This document shows positions 1-8,927 of a stretch of 64,000 bases of DNA, in pieces. The stretch is from contig CANFCK010000001.1 in NCBI GenBank assembly GCA_947445035.1, positions 50,044-114,043 of the forward strand. Reading direction: 5' to 3'. The position numbers and the translations under genes were made by a program. The notes under the pieces were generated by a model. That model had not been told where the DNA came from, did not search any database, and saw only the letters and a program-made list of their open reading frames with translations. Position 1 is the stretch's first letter; every line of letters begins with the position of its first letter. The DNA comes from Deltaproteobacteria bacterium. GTDB taxonomy: Bacteria; Myxococcota_A; UBA796; SXON01.

Positions 1-260
1 ACCAGCCGGGCGGTGAAGTCGGTGGCCGCCGTCGCCGCCGGTCCCCGCAGCTCGCGAACGTGCTTGAAGTCGGGGCTGTCGCTCAGCTGTGCCCACAGCC
101 GACCGGCGCTGCGTCCCCGCGCCCAGAGAACCGCCGAGCGCGGACCGACATCACCCACGGCAATGGACCGCGGATCGAGGCGCGTCTGTCCAGCCCACGC
201 CGTAGCCGGCGCGAAGAGGGCCGCCGATGCGCCCACCAGCGCGTCACGCCTGCTGATCAT
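1..260 (-). CDS. Alkaline phosphatase D (PhoD) family protein, 5' part (runs off window edge)
   Basis: Hand translation from ATG at 260: MISRRDALVGASAALFAPATAWAG (twin-arginine-like signal), then IAVGDVGPRSAVLWAR...GPAATAATDFTAR, resembling the PhoD N-terminal domain. Not in the ORF track. Confidence 0.7.
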   Translation of the reverse strand, partial: MISRRDALVGASAALFAPATAWAGQTRLDPRSIAVGDVGPRSAVLWARGRSAGRLWAQLSDSPDFKHVRELRGPAATAATDFTARL

Positions 261-375
261 CGGCCCGACGTATCTCGCGCCCCCGTGAGGGCGGCGCCGC
301 CGCCGCCCATCGGCGCGCAGCTCCGCGCCGACCTCGACGTTGACCGTGCCGTCCCGCGAGGCCCGTCTGGGACCT

Positions 376-633
376 CTAGGCTTCGGCCGGGTAGACGGAG
401 ATGAGCTTCTTGTTGGCGCGCGCTTCGAACTTCACCTTGCCGTCGACGTACGCGAAGAGCGTCCAGTCACGACCGATGCCGACGTTCTTGCCCGCGTGAA
501 AGACCGTGCCGAGCTGGCGAACCAGGATCGAGCCGCCGGTGACGGCCTCGCCTTCGCCGACCTTGACACCGCGATACTGCGGGTTGGAGTCGCGACCGTT
601 GCGAGAGCTTCCTTGCCCTTTCTTGTGTGCCAT
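376..633 (-). CDS. rpmA: 50S ribosomal protein L27
   Basis: [24 protein letters not shown]...GSILVRQLG signature; directly downstream of rplU. Confidence 0.98.
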   Translation of the reverse strand: MAHKKGQGSSRNGRDSNPQYRGVKVGEGEAVTGGSILVRQLGTVFHAGKNVGIGRDWTLFAYVDGKVKFEARANKKLISVYPAEA

Positions 634-636
634 GGT

Positions 637-945
637 TTAGCCCTCGATCCCGTTGATCTGAAGAATGGTCAGCTTCGCACGCCCGTTCTTCTGGGTGCGG
701 GTGCGGCGACGGTGCAAGTAGCGCACGTACTCGGTCTTTTCGCCTTGCTCGTGGGCTACGACCGTGGCCTTGACGCTGGCGCCAGGGACATGGGGAGCGC
801 CGACCTTCGGGCTATCCCCGCCGATCATGAGCACATCCGCGAATTCGATCGTGGAGCCGACTTCGGCGGTAAGCCGATCGACCACGAGCTGGGTCCCTTC
901 GGACACCCGATACTGCTTTCCGCCCGTGACTACGACTGCGTACAC
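637..945 (-). CDS. rplU: 50S ribosomal protein L21
   Basis: GTG start at 945 gives (M)[16 protein letters not shown]; the ORF-track extension to 1233 overlaps the AAA gene and is not used. Confidence 0.96.
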   Translation of the reverse strand: MYAVVVTGGKQYRVSEGTQLVVDRLTAEVGSTIEFADVLMIGGDSPKVGAPHVPGASVKATVVAHEQGEKTEYVRYLHRRRTRTQKNGRAKLTILQINGIEG

Positions 946-1013
946 CTTGCACCACCTGAGAGCAGCGCCGGCTAACGTGGAGGTCCTGGGCGCGCAAGGA
1001 TCGTTAAGCCTCG

Positions 1014-2723
1014 CTAAGCCCGCCCCCCGAGTCGCAATCGGAGCGCATCCAGGCGGTTCTGAACCTCTTCGGTGCCCATGTCGGCGTAGCGCGGCGGCAA
1101 CATCGAACGCGAGCTGGCCTCGAAGACTGCGAGCAGCTCCATGTACTCCAGCATCCGGGTGTCCCGACTGGGCACCACGTCGGTGACGGCCCGATCGAGG
1201 TCGGCGGGGGTGATCTCGGCGCGCTCGTCCCAAGCCGCGAAGTTCGCCGCGGCCAGGACGACCGCCTCAAGCTCCGCGGCGCTGTAGCCCCGGGTGCGCT
1301 CGGCAAACGCCTCCCAGTCGACCTTCTTCTTGAAGGTGAGCTTGGCTCGCCGGGCGATGGCCTGGGCGATGTCGGTTCGTTCGGGCTCAGTCTCCGGGAA
1401 AAAGAACGGTATCTTCAGGTCGAAGCGACCCGGCCGCTTCAGATCGGTGTCGAGCTTGTCGGGCCGGTTGGTCATCATCAGGATGAGCACACGCCCGCGG
1501 TGGCTCGTGTCCGACATGAACTCCTTCAGACGAGCGATGACCCGTGACGATGTTCCGCCGTCGCCCTCCCCTCCCGAAGACAAGCTGCGGTCGGCCTCGT
1601 CGATGATGAGCAGGCAATAGCCGAGGCCGTCCACGACGCGGAGGATCCGCTCCAGATTGCCTTCGGTGCTGCCCACCCACTTTTCCCGGAAGTTCTTGAA
1701 CTTGAGGCAGGTCAGCCCGCTCGACGCCGCGAACGCCTCGGCCACAAAGGTCTTGCCGGTGCCCATCGGCCCGACGAAGATTGCCCCCATCGGCACCGCG
1801 CTCTTGCGGCCGGCTTTGATGGACTCCGAAACCCGCATCAGCGTCTGTTTGACGCCGACGTTCCCACCTACGTCGTCGAAGCTGTGGTGGGGATCGACAA
1901 ACTCGACCAGCCCGTGGCACTCCTGCTCGATGATCGCCTTCTTTCGCCGACTCACCGTCCGAAAGCTGATCGCTTCCTTGGACTGCCGGGCGGCGCGCAG
2001 GATGCCGCGGATCTGGGTGAGCGACAGGCCCGCGGTGAGCTTGGCGAGCTGTTCGTCGGTCAGTTCGCAAGGAACGTCGCGCCGATCCTGGGCCCGCAGG
2101 TACCCCGCCCGCGTCGCCTCGTCGGGCAAAGGCACCTCGATAGCCGCGAGATTTCCACTGGCGACCAGCCGGCGGGAGACGTCGGCCAGCTGCTCGGTGA
2201 CCAAAACCACGACGCTGTTGCCGCCCTGAAGCCCAGGATCAGCGCCCAGGCGCATCAGGGTGACGAGGTTGGCCTTTTCGCCCTCGCCCATAAACGCAAG
2301 GTCGCCGTTGGGCGCGATGGTCTCGATGTAGTCGATGATGACGGCCGCGTTGTGCGCTTCGGTGGTGACGAGGTCCTCGATCAGCGGCAGGACCGCGCCA
2401 GGGCTCTGCGGCAGGTCCCCGACCGCCTCCCGACCGGCGAGGGTGCGGACGTTGTTGACCGCGCGGATGAAGCCCGACTTGTGCGTCGGGGTCGGGAACT
2501 CCAGCCCCTCGGCGAGGTTGTAGTAGGCGACGACGTCCTTGGTCCGCGTGAAGGTGCGCTCCAAGAACACGCGGAGTGAGACGTAGCGGAGGGTGCCGTC
2601 GGCTTCGACCCACGGCTGGACGTCGCGAGCGTTCCCATGGAGCAGGAACACGCAAGCTTCCCCGGCAAGGTAGCGCTGACGCAGGTCGTCGGCCCAGGTG
2701 GGGAGCGTCAGGGTTGGCTTCAT
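1014..2723 (-). CDS. AAA+ ATPase (degenerate N-terminal AAA-like domain, intact C-terminal AAA domain)
   Basis: Walker A GPMGTGKT, Walker [31 protein letters not shown]. Confidence 0.9.
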   Translation of the reverse strand: MKPTLTLPTWADDLRQRYLAGEACVFLLHGNARDVQPWVEADGTLRYVSLRVFLERTFTRTKDVVAYYNLAEGLEFPTPTHKSGFIRAVNNVRTLAGREAVGDLPQSPGAVLPLIEDLVTTEAHNAAVIIDYIETIAPNGDLAFMGEGEKANLVTLMRLGADPGLQGGNSVVVLVTEQLADVSRRLVASGNLAAIEVPLPDEATRAGYLRAQDRRDVPCELTDEQLAKLTAGLSLTQIRGILRAARQSKEAISFRTVSRRKKAIIEQECHGLVEFVDPHHSFDDVGGNVGVKQTLMRVSESIKAGRKSAVPMGAIFVGPMGTGKTFVAEAFAASSGLTCLKFKNFREKWVGSTEGNLERILRVVDGLGYCLLIIDEADRSLSSGGEGDGGTSSRVIARLKEFMSDTSHRGRVLILMMTNRPDKLDTDLKRPGRFDLKIPFFFPETEPERTDIAQAIARRAKLTFKKKVDWEAFAERTRGYSAAELEAVVLAAANFAAWDERAEITPADLDRAVTDVVPSRDTRMLEYMELLAVFEASSRSMLPPRYADMGTEEVQNRLDALRLRLGGRA

Positions 2724-2732
2724 CGGGCTGTC

Positions 2733-2987
2733 CTAGCGCGCGTGCAGCAAGAGGTCGACCAGCCCATCGACCGAGGGGGCGAGCGTGCGGCCGACGGAGG
2801 GGCCTTCTCCCGGCCTGGCGCTGCCGCCGTCGCCGGCTTCGAGCAGCACGCCAGCGCGCACTGGCTCGGCGACCCGCACCCGGACCACTCCCGCGACGGC
2901 CACTACGACTCCGCCCTCGCCCAGCTCCACCGCGCTTTGCGCCACCACCACCCAACCAGCCTCCGCGGCGGAGGCAATCCCCGTCAT
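2733..2987 (-). CDS. Small hypothetical beta-rich protein (84 aa), weak resemblance to DUF2190/capsid-cement-like proteins
   Basis: ATG at 2987; fills the gap between the lyase and AAA genes on the same strand; VVVAVAGVVRVRVAEPVRAGVLLEAGDGGSA pattern. Confidence 0.45.
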   Translation of the reverse strand: MTGIASAAEAGWVVVAQSAVELGEGGVVVAVAGVVRVRVAEPVRAGVLLEAGDGGSARPGEGPSVGRTLAPSVDGLVDLLLHAR

Positions 2988-3016
2988 CGTTGGTCGGCGG
3001 CGGCGCGAGGGGCCCC

Positions 3017-4516
3017 CTACCAGGGAGTCGGCTGGTCCGCCGCAAGGCCGGCGCGGACACGCTCGCCCACGCTGCGCAGCGCCGGATGCAGGATCTGGTC
3101 GTCCTGCCAGAATGGCACCACCTGGCGCACCCGCCCGTGGAGGGCGAGGATCTGCTCGCCAACCGTCTCCGGAGGCCCGTCGATACGGACACCCTCGACC
3201 ACCCGCATCCCGCGCAGGCGCCAATCCAGGCCCTGGGCGGCGACGAGCGCCTCGATCCCGATGATGTCGGCCAGGCATTCCAAGACCCGCAAGGTGAGCC
3301 GCGCCGCGATCGGGCCCATGCTGACGTGATCCTCGTGGTGTTGCACCGTCGGGATGCTGTCGACACTGGCAGGATGGGAGAGCCCCTTACATTCGCTGGC
3401 CAGCGACGCGGCCGTGTACTGGGCGAGCATGAACCCGCTATTGAGGCCCGTGCCTTCGACGAGGAAGCTCGGCAGGTCCTGGGTGAGCGAGGCGGCGGTG
3501 AGGCGAAAGGTCCGCCGCTCGCTCTGAGTCGCGACCTGGGTGAGCGCGATTCGCAGGGTATCCATCGCCAGCGCCACCGGAGCGCCGTGGAAGTTGCCCC
3601 CCTCCACCACGCCCTCGCCTTCGAACCACAGCGGGTTGTCACACGCCCCGTTGAGCTCGTCCGTCACCGTGCCCTCCACCCACTCCAGGCAGTCGAGCGC
3701 GGTGCCCAGGACAGCCGGAGCGGCACGCAGCGAGAACGCGTCTGGGGCACCCACAGCGGCCCCTGGCGCGCCGAGCCGCTCACGAAGCCGCGTCGCGACG
3801 ATCACCCCGCCGCGATGCCCGCGGGCGGACAAAAGCGCGTTCGAGAGGCAGCGGGCGTCGGCCCGCGACACCGCCAGGGTCATCGCGCAGGCGTCCACGG
3901 CTGCGTCCAGGAGGCGGCGCGCACGGTGGACGGAGATCGCCGCCAGCGCGCTGGTGAGCGTGGCGCCGTTGATGACGGAAAGGGCCTCCTTCGGCGTAGG
4001 CGAGAAGCCCGCCAGCGGGGAAGGACCCACCGACCCGTCCGGGCGTTCCGCCGGACCCCCAAGCCCGAAGAGCACCCTGGCCACGTGGGCCAGCGGCGCG
4101 AGGTCGCCAGCGGCCCCCACCGAGCCCTGGCCGGGCACCACCGGGACGATCCCCGTGTTGAGCATGGTGCACATCGCATCCACCAGCGCGGGGCGAACCG
4201 CAGAGTGGCCGCTGGCCAGGACGTTGGCCCGGCAGGCCAACAACGCCCGCACCTGCCCGCTGGGCAGCGGGTCGCCCACACCGGCGCAGTGGTCGAGCAC
4301 AAAGCGCCGCACGCTCTCGTCCCCGGCGGCAGCCGGGGTGCCGAGCAGCACCTTGCGCTTCTGGTCGAGCACGCTCGGAAACGCAGGGTAGCCCCGCGCG
4401 GAACGCTCCATCGCCGGCCGCGCGCGGTCGGCGAGCCCAACCCGGGCGCCACCGGCGATGGCCGCGACGTCAGCCGCGGTCAAGCTCCGGCCGTCGAGCT
4501 CAATGGTCGGCGTCAT
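3017..4516 (-). CDS. HAL/PAL-family aromatic amino acid lyase homolog lacking the MIO serine (probable pseudo-enzyme subunit)
   Basis: HAL fold motifs DNPL, GGNFHG, NSGFM, SVDSIPT, EDHVSM present. MIO triad reads GSVG-AAG-DLAPL (4106-4114), no YGxxTGFG loop, QDAYSLR replaced by PDAFSLR. Confidence 0.9.
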   Translation of the reverse strand: MTPTIELDGRSLTAADVAAIAGGARVGLADRARPAMERSARGYPAFPSVLDQKRKVLLGTPAAAGDESVRRFVLDHCAGVGDPLPSGQVRALLACRANVLASGHSAVRPALVDAMCTMLNTGIVPVVPGQGSVGAAGDLAPLAHVARVLFGLGGPAERPDGSVGPSPLAGFSPTPKEALSVINGATLTSALAAISVHRARRLLDAAVDACAMTLAVSRADARCLSNALLSARGHRGGVIVATRLRERLGAPGAAVGAPDAFSLRAAPAVLGTALDCLEWVEGTVTDELNGACDNPLWFEGEGVVEGGNFHGAPVALAMDTLRIALTQVATQSERRTFRLTAASLTQDLPSFLVEGTGLNSGFMLAQYTAASLASECKGLSHPASVDSIPTVQHHEDHVSMGPIAARLTLRVLECLADIIGIEALVAAQGLDWRLRGMRVVEGVRIDGPPETVGEQILALHGRVRQVVPFWQDDQILHPALRSVGERVRAGLAADQPTPW

Positions 4517-6015
4517 GCGAACTCCCCCGCCGCGATTCGACAGGCGATGCGCTCGATCGCCTCACCCGGCACCTCCGCCCCCGCGACCAGCGCCTCGACC
4601 AAGGGGAGCGCCGCCTCGGCGCCGGCGCCCAGCCGCACGCCGGGCGCCTCCTCCAGGCGCATACGCAGGGCCCGCGACGCACACAGAAGCTCGATCGCGA
4701 CGACCCGGCGGCTGTTCTGCACCACCTCCCAGAAGCGCCAGGCGGCGGTGGTGGACATGGCCACGTGGTCCTCCTGGTCCTCACAGGTCGGGATGCTGTC
4801 GACGCTCATCGGCCACGCCAGCGCCTTGTTCTCAGAGACGAGCGCCGCCGCCGTGGTCTGCGGAACCAACATGCCCAGGTCCGGACGGTCGCGCCCGGCC
4901 AGGCCCGGCGGCAACCGGGAGCTGAGCGAGCCCGTGGTCAGGCGGTAGAGTCGACGCTCACTCAGCGACGCGAGCTCGGCGACCCCGATCTTCATCGCGT
5001 CGGCGGCGATGCCCACCGGCTCGCCATGGAACAGGCCCGCCGAAAACGCGTGGTTCTCCACGGCCTCGTCCATGAGCATGACCGGGTTGTCGGTGACGCT
5101 GTTGAGCTCGATCTCCACCGCGCGGCGGCCGTACGCCAGCACGTCGCGGGTGGCGCCCAGGACGATGGGCGTACAGCGCAGGGAGTAGGCGTCCTGCACC
5201 TTCTCGGGCATCGAGTCCACGAGCGAGCTGCCGGCCAGAAGCGCCCGCAGGTGCGCCGCGCTGGCGATCGCCCCGGGGTGGGGCCGGAGCGCGTGCACCG
5301 CTGGGTGGAACGCGCGACTGACGCCCCGGAGGGCTTCGATGCTCATGGCCGCCGCGCGCTCGGCTGTGCGCACCAGCACGTCGGCATCCGCCAGCGCCAG
5401 CGCCGCGATGGCCGTCGTGAGCTGGGCACCATTGGTCATCGCCAGGCCGTCCTTGGCCTCGGGGACGAGCGTCGCCAGACCGGCGGCCGCCATCGCCTCC
5501 GGACCCGTCATCAACGCGCCGCCGAACGGGACCTCGCCGCCCTCACCGAATACGACCAGGGCCAGATGGGAGAGCGGCGCAAGGTCGCCCGAGGAGCCAC
5601 AGCTGCCCTGCCGAGGCACGCGGGGGACGACACCCTTGCCGAGCATCGCGCACAGCGTCTCGACCACCAGCGGGCGGCAGCCCGAGGCCCCGCGCGCCAG
5701 CGCGTTCGCCCGCAAAAGCATCATCGCCCGCACGATGTCGTCCGGGCAGGGCGGCCCGACCCCCGCCGCGTGGGAGCGGATGAGGTTCCGCGACAACAGG
5801 CTGGTGTCCGCCGCCGCGATGCGCACCCGCGCCAGCGACCCGAATCCGGTGTTGATGCCATAGACCGGCTGGTCGCCGTGTAGCGTGGCCCGAACCCAGG
5901 CGTAGGAACGCTCCATCTCGGCCCGTCCTGCCCCTGAAAGCGCGACAGCGCCTGCCTGACGGGAGACCCGCACCAACTCAACCAGCGTCAGGGCGCGGCC
6001 GTCCAGCCAGATCAT
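4513..6015 (-). CDS. hutH: Histidine ammonia-lyase (MIO triad variant Ser-Ser-Gly)
   Basis: VYGINTGFG loop, LIRSHAAG (SH pair typical of HAL), GSCG-SSG-DLAPL (5587-5595), QDAYSLRC, QEDHVAM. Confidence 0.85.
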   Translation of the reverse strand: MIWLDGRALTLVELVRVSRQAGAVALSGAGRAEMERSYAWVRATLHGDQPVYGINTGFGSLARVRIAAADTSLLSRNLIRSHAAGVGPPCPDDIVRAMMLLRANALARGASGCRPLVVETLCAMLGKGVVPRVPRQGSCGSSGDLAPLSHLALVVFGEGGEVPFGGALMTGPEAMAAAGLATLVPEAKDGLAMTNGAQLTTAIAALALADADVLVRTAERAAAMSIEALRGVSRAFHPAVHALRPHPGAIASAAHLRALLAGSSLVDSMPEKVQDAYSLRCTPIVLGATRDVLAYGRRAVEIELNSVTDNPVMLMDEAVENHAFSAGLFHGEPVGIAADAMKIGVAELASLSERRLYRLTTGSLSSRLPPGLAGRDRPDLGMLVPQTTAAALVSENKALAWPMSVDSIPTCEDQEDHVAMSTTAAWRFWEVVQNSRRVVAIELLCASRALRMRLEEAPGVRLGAGAEAALPLVEALVAGAEVPGEAIERIACRIAAGEFA

Positions 6016-6725
6016 GGAATGTCCGTCCAGAGCGAGGTCGGCCCGGCCTTGAGCCCGCCGTCCTCACCGACCGTGAACCACGCGCGGAAGCCCTTGTGCT
6101 CGGCCTGGCCGTGCACAAGGACCTCGAAGACCCCGTCCCCGTCGCGATCCACCGGGGCGGTCAGGACCGGCACCGCGCAGCTGGCCTCGGCCCCAGGCAG
6201 GGGCATCGTCGAAATCGTTCCTTCGGCCTCGGCGTCGAGCACCGCGATGGCCGCTTTGCAGTCGCCGGGATCCAGCACCGGCGCGCGCCCCCCTCCGGCA
6301 AGGGGGATTCCATGCGTACCAACGGTCGCGACCGCGAGATAGACCGGCGGCGCCAGCTTGCGGCGCATCTTCACCACGCTCCGCATCGACACGCCCGCGC
6401 CACGCGCCGGATCGATCTCCCGCGTCTTGTGGCTGCCGAGCACGTCCCGCAATCGGAATCCCGCCCGTTCCACCAACGCCGCCGGCACCGGGCCGCCCTT
6501 TTCGACGGCCGGAAGCTCCCGATCGACGATCCACAGCGGCCCGGCCGCCCCGAGGAGCGTCGTGCCGTCCGGACCGGGCGTCGGCACCCGCGTCACCGTC
6601 CCCGTGGGCCCCCAGAGCATGACCGGCGCGGTCAACGTGCCGCGCGCGACCGCGTTGGCCCCCGACTTGTAGACGCCGACGTCGGGGACGGGCGAGGGAC
6701 AGGCGAGTAGCAAGGCCAGGAGCAC
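6012..6725 (-). CDS. Hypothetical lipoprotein
   Basis: MLLALLLAC lipobox-like start; DRDGDGVFE Ca-binding-like motif; 4-bp overlap with hutH. Confidence 0.7.
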   Translation of the reverse strand: MLLALLLACPSPVPDVGVYKSGANAVARGTLTAPVMLWGPTGTVTRVPTPGPDGTTLLGAAGPLWIVDRELPAVEKGGPVPAALVERAGFRLRDVLGSHKTREIDPARGAGVSMRSVVKMRRKLAPPVYLAVATVGTHGIPLAGGGRAPVLDPGDCKAAIAVLDAEAEGTISTMPLPGAEASCAVPVLTAPVDRDGDGVFEVLVHGQAEHKGFRAWFTVGEDGGLKAGPTSLWTDIP

Positions 6726-6748
6726 GCCGGCGCCTTATCCGCGTTTGC

Positions 6749-7279
6749 ATGTCCATCGACCCAGCCACTACCCAACTCCTCGTCGTGGACTACCAAGAGC
6801 GGCTCTTCGGCGCGATGCCCGAGGCGGCGAGGGAGAGTGCCCGCAAAGCCGCCGATACCCTCGTGTTCACCGCCCGCGAGCTGGGCATCCCGGTCACCTT
6901 CACCGAGCAATACCCCCAAGGGCTCGGCGCCACCCTGCCCGAGCTGGTCGCGGTCGATCCCTTCGTGAAGTTGGCGTTCGCCGCGACGGACGAGCCTGGA
7001 TTCGACGCCCGCCTTGCCGGACGACCCCACGTCGTGGTCTTCGGCATGGAGACCCACATCTGCGTCGCCCACACCGCTTTGGGCCTACGCGCCCGCGGAT
7101 TGGCGGTCAGCGTCGCCTACGACGCCTGCCTGTCGCGACGCACTGCCGATTCCGACGCCGGCCTGATTTGGATGCGCGAGGAAGGTGCGCTGATCTTACC
7201 GAGCGAGACCCTTATTTTTGGCTGGTTAGGGCGCGCCGAGGGTCCACTGTTCAAAGCGGTCAGTCGGCGCATTCGTTAG
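6749..7279 (+). CDS. Isochorismatase-family (YcaC/ISOC-like) cysteine hydrolase
   Basis: LLVVDYQERL, TEQYPQGLGAT, GMETHICV catalytic Cys motif. Confidence 0.92.
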   Translation: MSIDPATTQLLVVDYQERLFGAMPEAARESARKAADTLVFTARELGIPVTFTEQYPQGLGATLPELVAVDPFVKLAFAATDEPGFDARLAGRPHVVVFGMETHICVAHTALGLRARGLAVSVAYDACLSRRTADSDAGLIWMREEGALILPSETLIFGWLGRAEGPLFKAVSRRIR

Positions 7280-7285
7280 GCCACC

Positions 7286-7362
7286 AAAAAAAGAAACGCC
7301 GAGCCTCCCTACACGCAGGCGTCTGAAGGGGGACAAACCTGCGCGAGTGGGACGTCTCGGCG
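7286..7362 (-). terminator. Long hairpin followed by U-tract (intrinsic terminator, possibly a 3'-derived small RNA)
   Basis: cgccgag (7297-7303) pairs with ctcggcg (7356-7362); inner stems ccc..cgcagg/cctgcg..ggg; A-tract 7286-7296 gives a U-tail on the minus strand; lies between convergent genes. Confidence 0.7.
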
Positions 7363-7386
7363 AACGGCGCCTATCCCGACCCCCGA

Positions 7387-8883
7387 CTACCCGCCGCACT
7401 CCGGGGTCTCGTTTTCGATCCGCTTGAGCTCGTCCAAGCCGGTGTCCGCGCCCCAGACGTCCTCGCCGATCTTGTTGATCTCGAAGCTGCCGTTCATCGT
7501 CCACACCGAGCCCGAGCTGTCGTTGCTGTAGAAGAGCACCTGGAAGTCACCGACCAGCGGGGAATCCAGCGTGCCCGGCTCAAGCGCGTCGACCTCGTCG
7601 CGCGTGGCCTTCAGCCGAACCCAGCCGGGGTTGATCGAGGACCAGTTGTCGAAGCCCTCGGGCTTGCCGCCCTCCCCAGCCGGGGTCGTGCGCCAGGAAT
7701 TGTCTTCGATCTTGATGGTGAAGGGGAGCGCGTCGCGCGGGAGCGCCGCGTAGTTGGCGAGCTCGTCCTGAACCGGCGCGTAGCTGACGTCGTCCCCATC
7801 CACGCCACCATTGTTGAAATTGTCCTGCAACAACTGCACGAAGTCAGGGTAGTCGGCGATGTTGCAGGAGTCGCCATCCTTGCCGCAATTCAGCTCCGGG
7901 TACTGTTCGGCGCCGACATCGTCGCCGACGCCGTAGCCGGAGACCGTCTTGCCGTCGTCATCCACCCCGACCCACAGCGGGGTAGCGGCGGTGGCCGAGA
8001 AGTCCGCGAAATCGCTGGTGTACATGTACGCGTCTTCGTCGGCGAAGCGCGAGAACGACGCGCCAGCGAGCCAGGTGCGATCGAAGTACCAGTAGTCCCC
8101 GGTGTCGTTGGGGTTGACCTGGGCCGCACCCGAGTTGAGCATGTACACCGTGTAGCCAGCATCCTCCTCGTAGGCCGACGACCACCCGTCGATCCAGTTG
8201 CCATCGTCAAACAGGGTGCGTTCGGTGGCGACGCCGTCGATGTCCACACACTCGGTGGGCTGGAAGTTGGGCTTGATGACCCAGCCGAAGCGCACGTCCC
8301 CGAACTTGGTGTCCATGTGAAGGGTCAGCTGCAGGTCGCCTTCAGAGGTGATGATCGCCTCTTCGCGCCAGGTCGCCACGTCGCCGTGGTTCAGGTAAAA
8401 CGACTTGTCATCAAAGAAGTTGAGGTAGCGCGCAGTCTGCACCGTGCAGTCATCCGGCGTGAGCATGTCGCCGTCGGGATCGTTCTCGGGGTCGTCATCG
8501 TGCGCCTCGGCGCAGCAGAACTCCTCGTAGTTGGCGTCCCAGCCCGGAATGAGCGCGTCCCGGATCCGCACCGGATTGTCGGAGTACGGCGCCGCACCGA
8601 ACGTGCGACAGTCGAACGGGGTCAGATCGTACGCATCCTGAAACGCCTTTTCCGCCTTGACCTTGTCTGCCCAGCATTCGTCGGCGAAAATCTGTTCGGG
8701 GTCGATTTCGTCGGCGAGGGGATCATTCTGATCGTATTCGCACTGTACGGCGGCTTCGTCGCGACGGAGACGCTGTACGTTGCTCGACGTGGCCGCGGCA
8801 AAGTACATGGCGTACGTTCCCTTGAACGTGGCGTCATGGGGGTCACAGCCGCCGAGTAGGGCGAGCACGAGGGGAAGGGACAT
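7387..8883 (-). CDS. Acidic, Cys-containing lipoprotein of unknown function (498 aa)
   Basis: ATG 8883 MSLPLVLALLGGC lipobox; very Asp/Glu-rich; strong coding codon bias. Confidence 0.85.
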   Translation of the reverse strand: MSLPLVLALLGGCDPHDATFKGTYAMYFAAATSSNVQRLRRDEAAVQCEYDQNDPLADEIDPEQIFADECWADKVKAEKAFQDAYDLTPFDCRTFGAAPYSDNPVRIRDALIPGWDANYEEFCCAEAHDDDPENDPDGDMLTPDDCTVQTARYLNFFDDKSFYLNHGDVATWREEAIITSEGDLQLTLHMDTKFGDVRFGWVIKPNFQPTECVDIDGVATERTLFDDGNWIDGWSSAYEEDAGYTVYMLNSGAAQVNPNDTGDYWYFDRTWLAGASFSRFADEDAYMYTSDFADFSATAATPLWVGVDDDGKTVSGYGVGDDVGAEQYPELNCGKDGDSCNIADYPDFVQLLQDNFNNGGVDGDDVSYAPVQDELANYAALPRDALPFTIKIEDNSWRTTPAGEGGKPEGFDNWSSINPGWVRLKATRDEVDALEPGTLDSPLVGDFQVLFYSNDSSGSVWTMNGSFEINKIGEDVWGADTGLDELKRIENETPECGG

Positions 8884-8927
8884 CTTCGACTCCGACCCCG
8901 TCCTATAGGCCGTCAGGGGGCGGTTCG

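Noticed and set aside
1014..2723. AAA ATPase as part of an anti-phage defence system
   Set aside because: No adjacent nuclease, protease or other effector; neighbours are metabolic and ribosomal genes.
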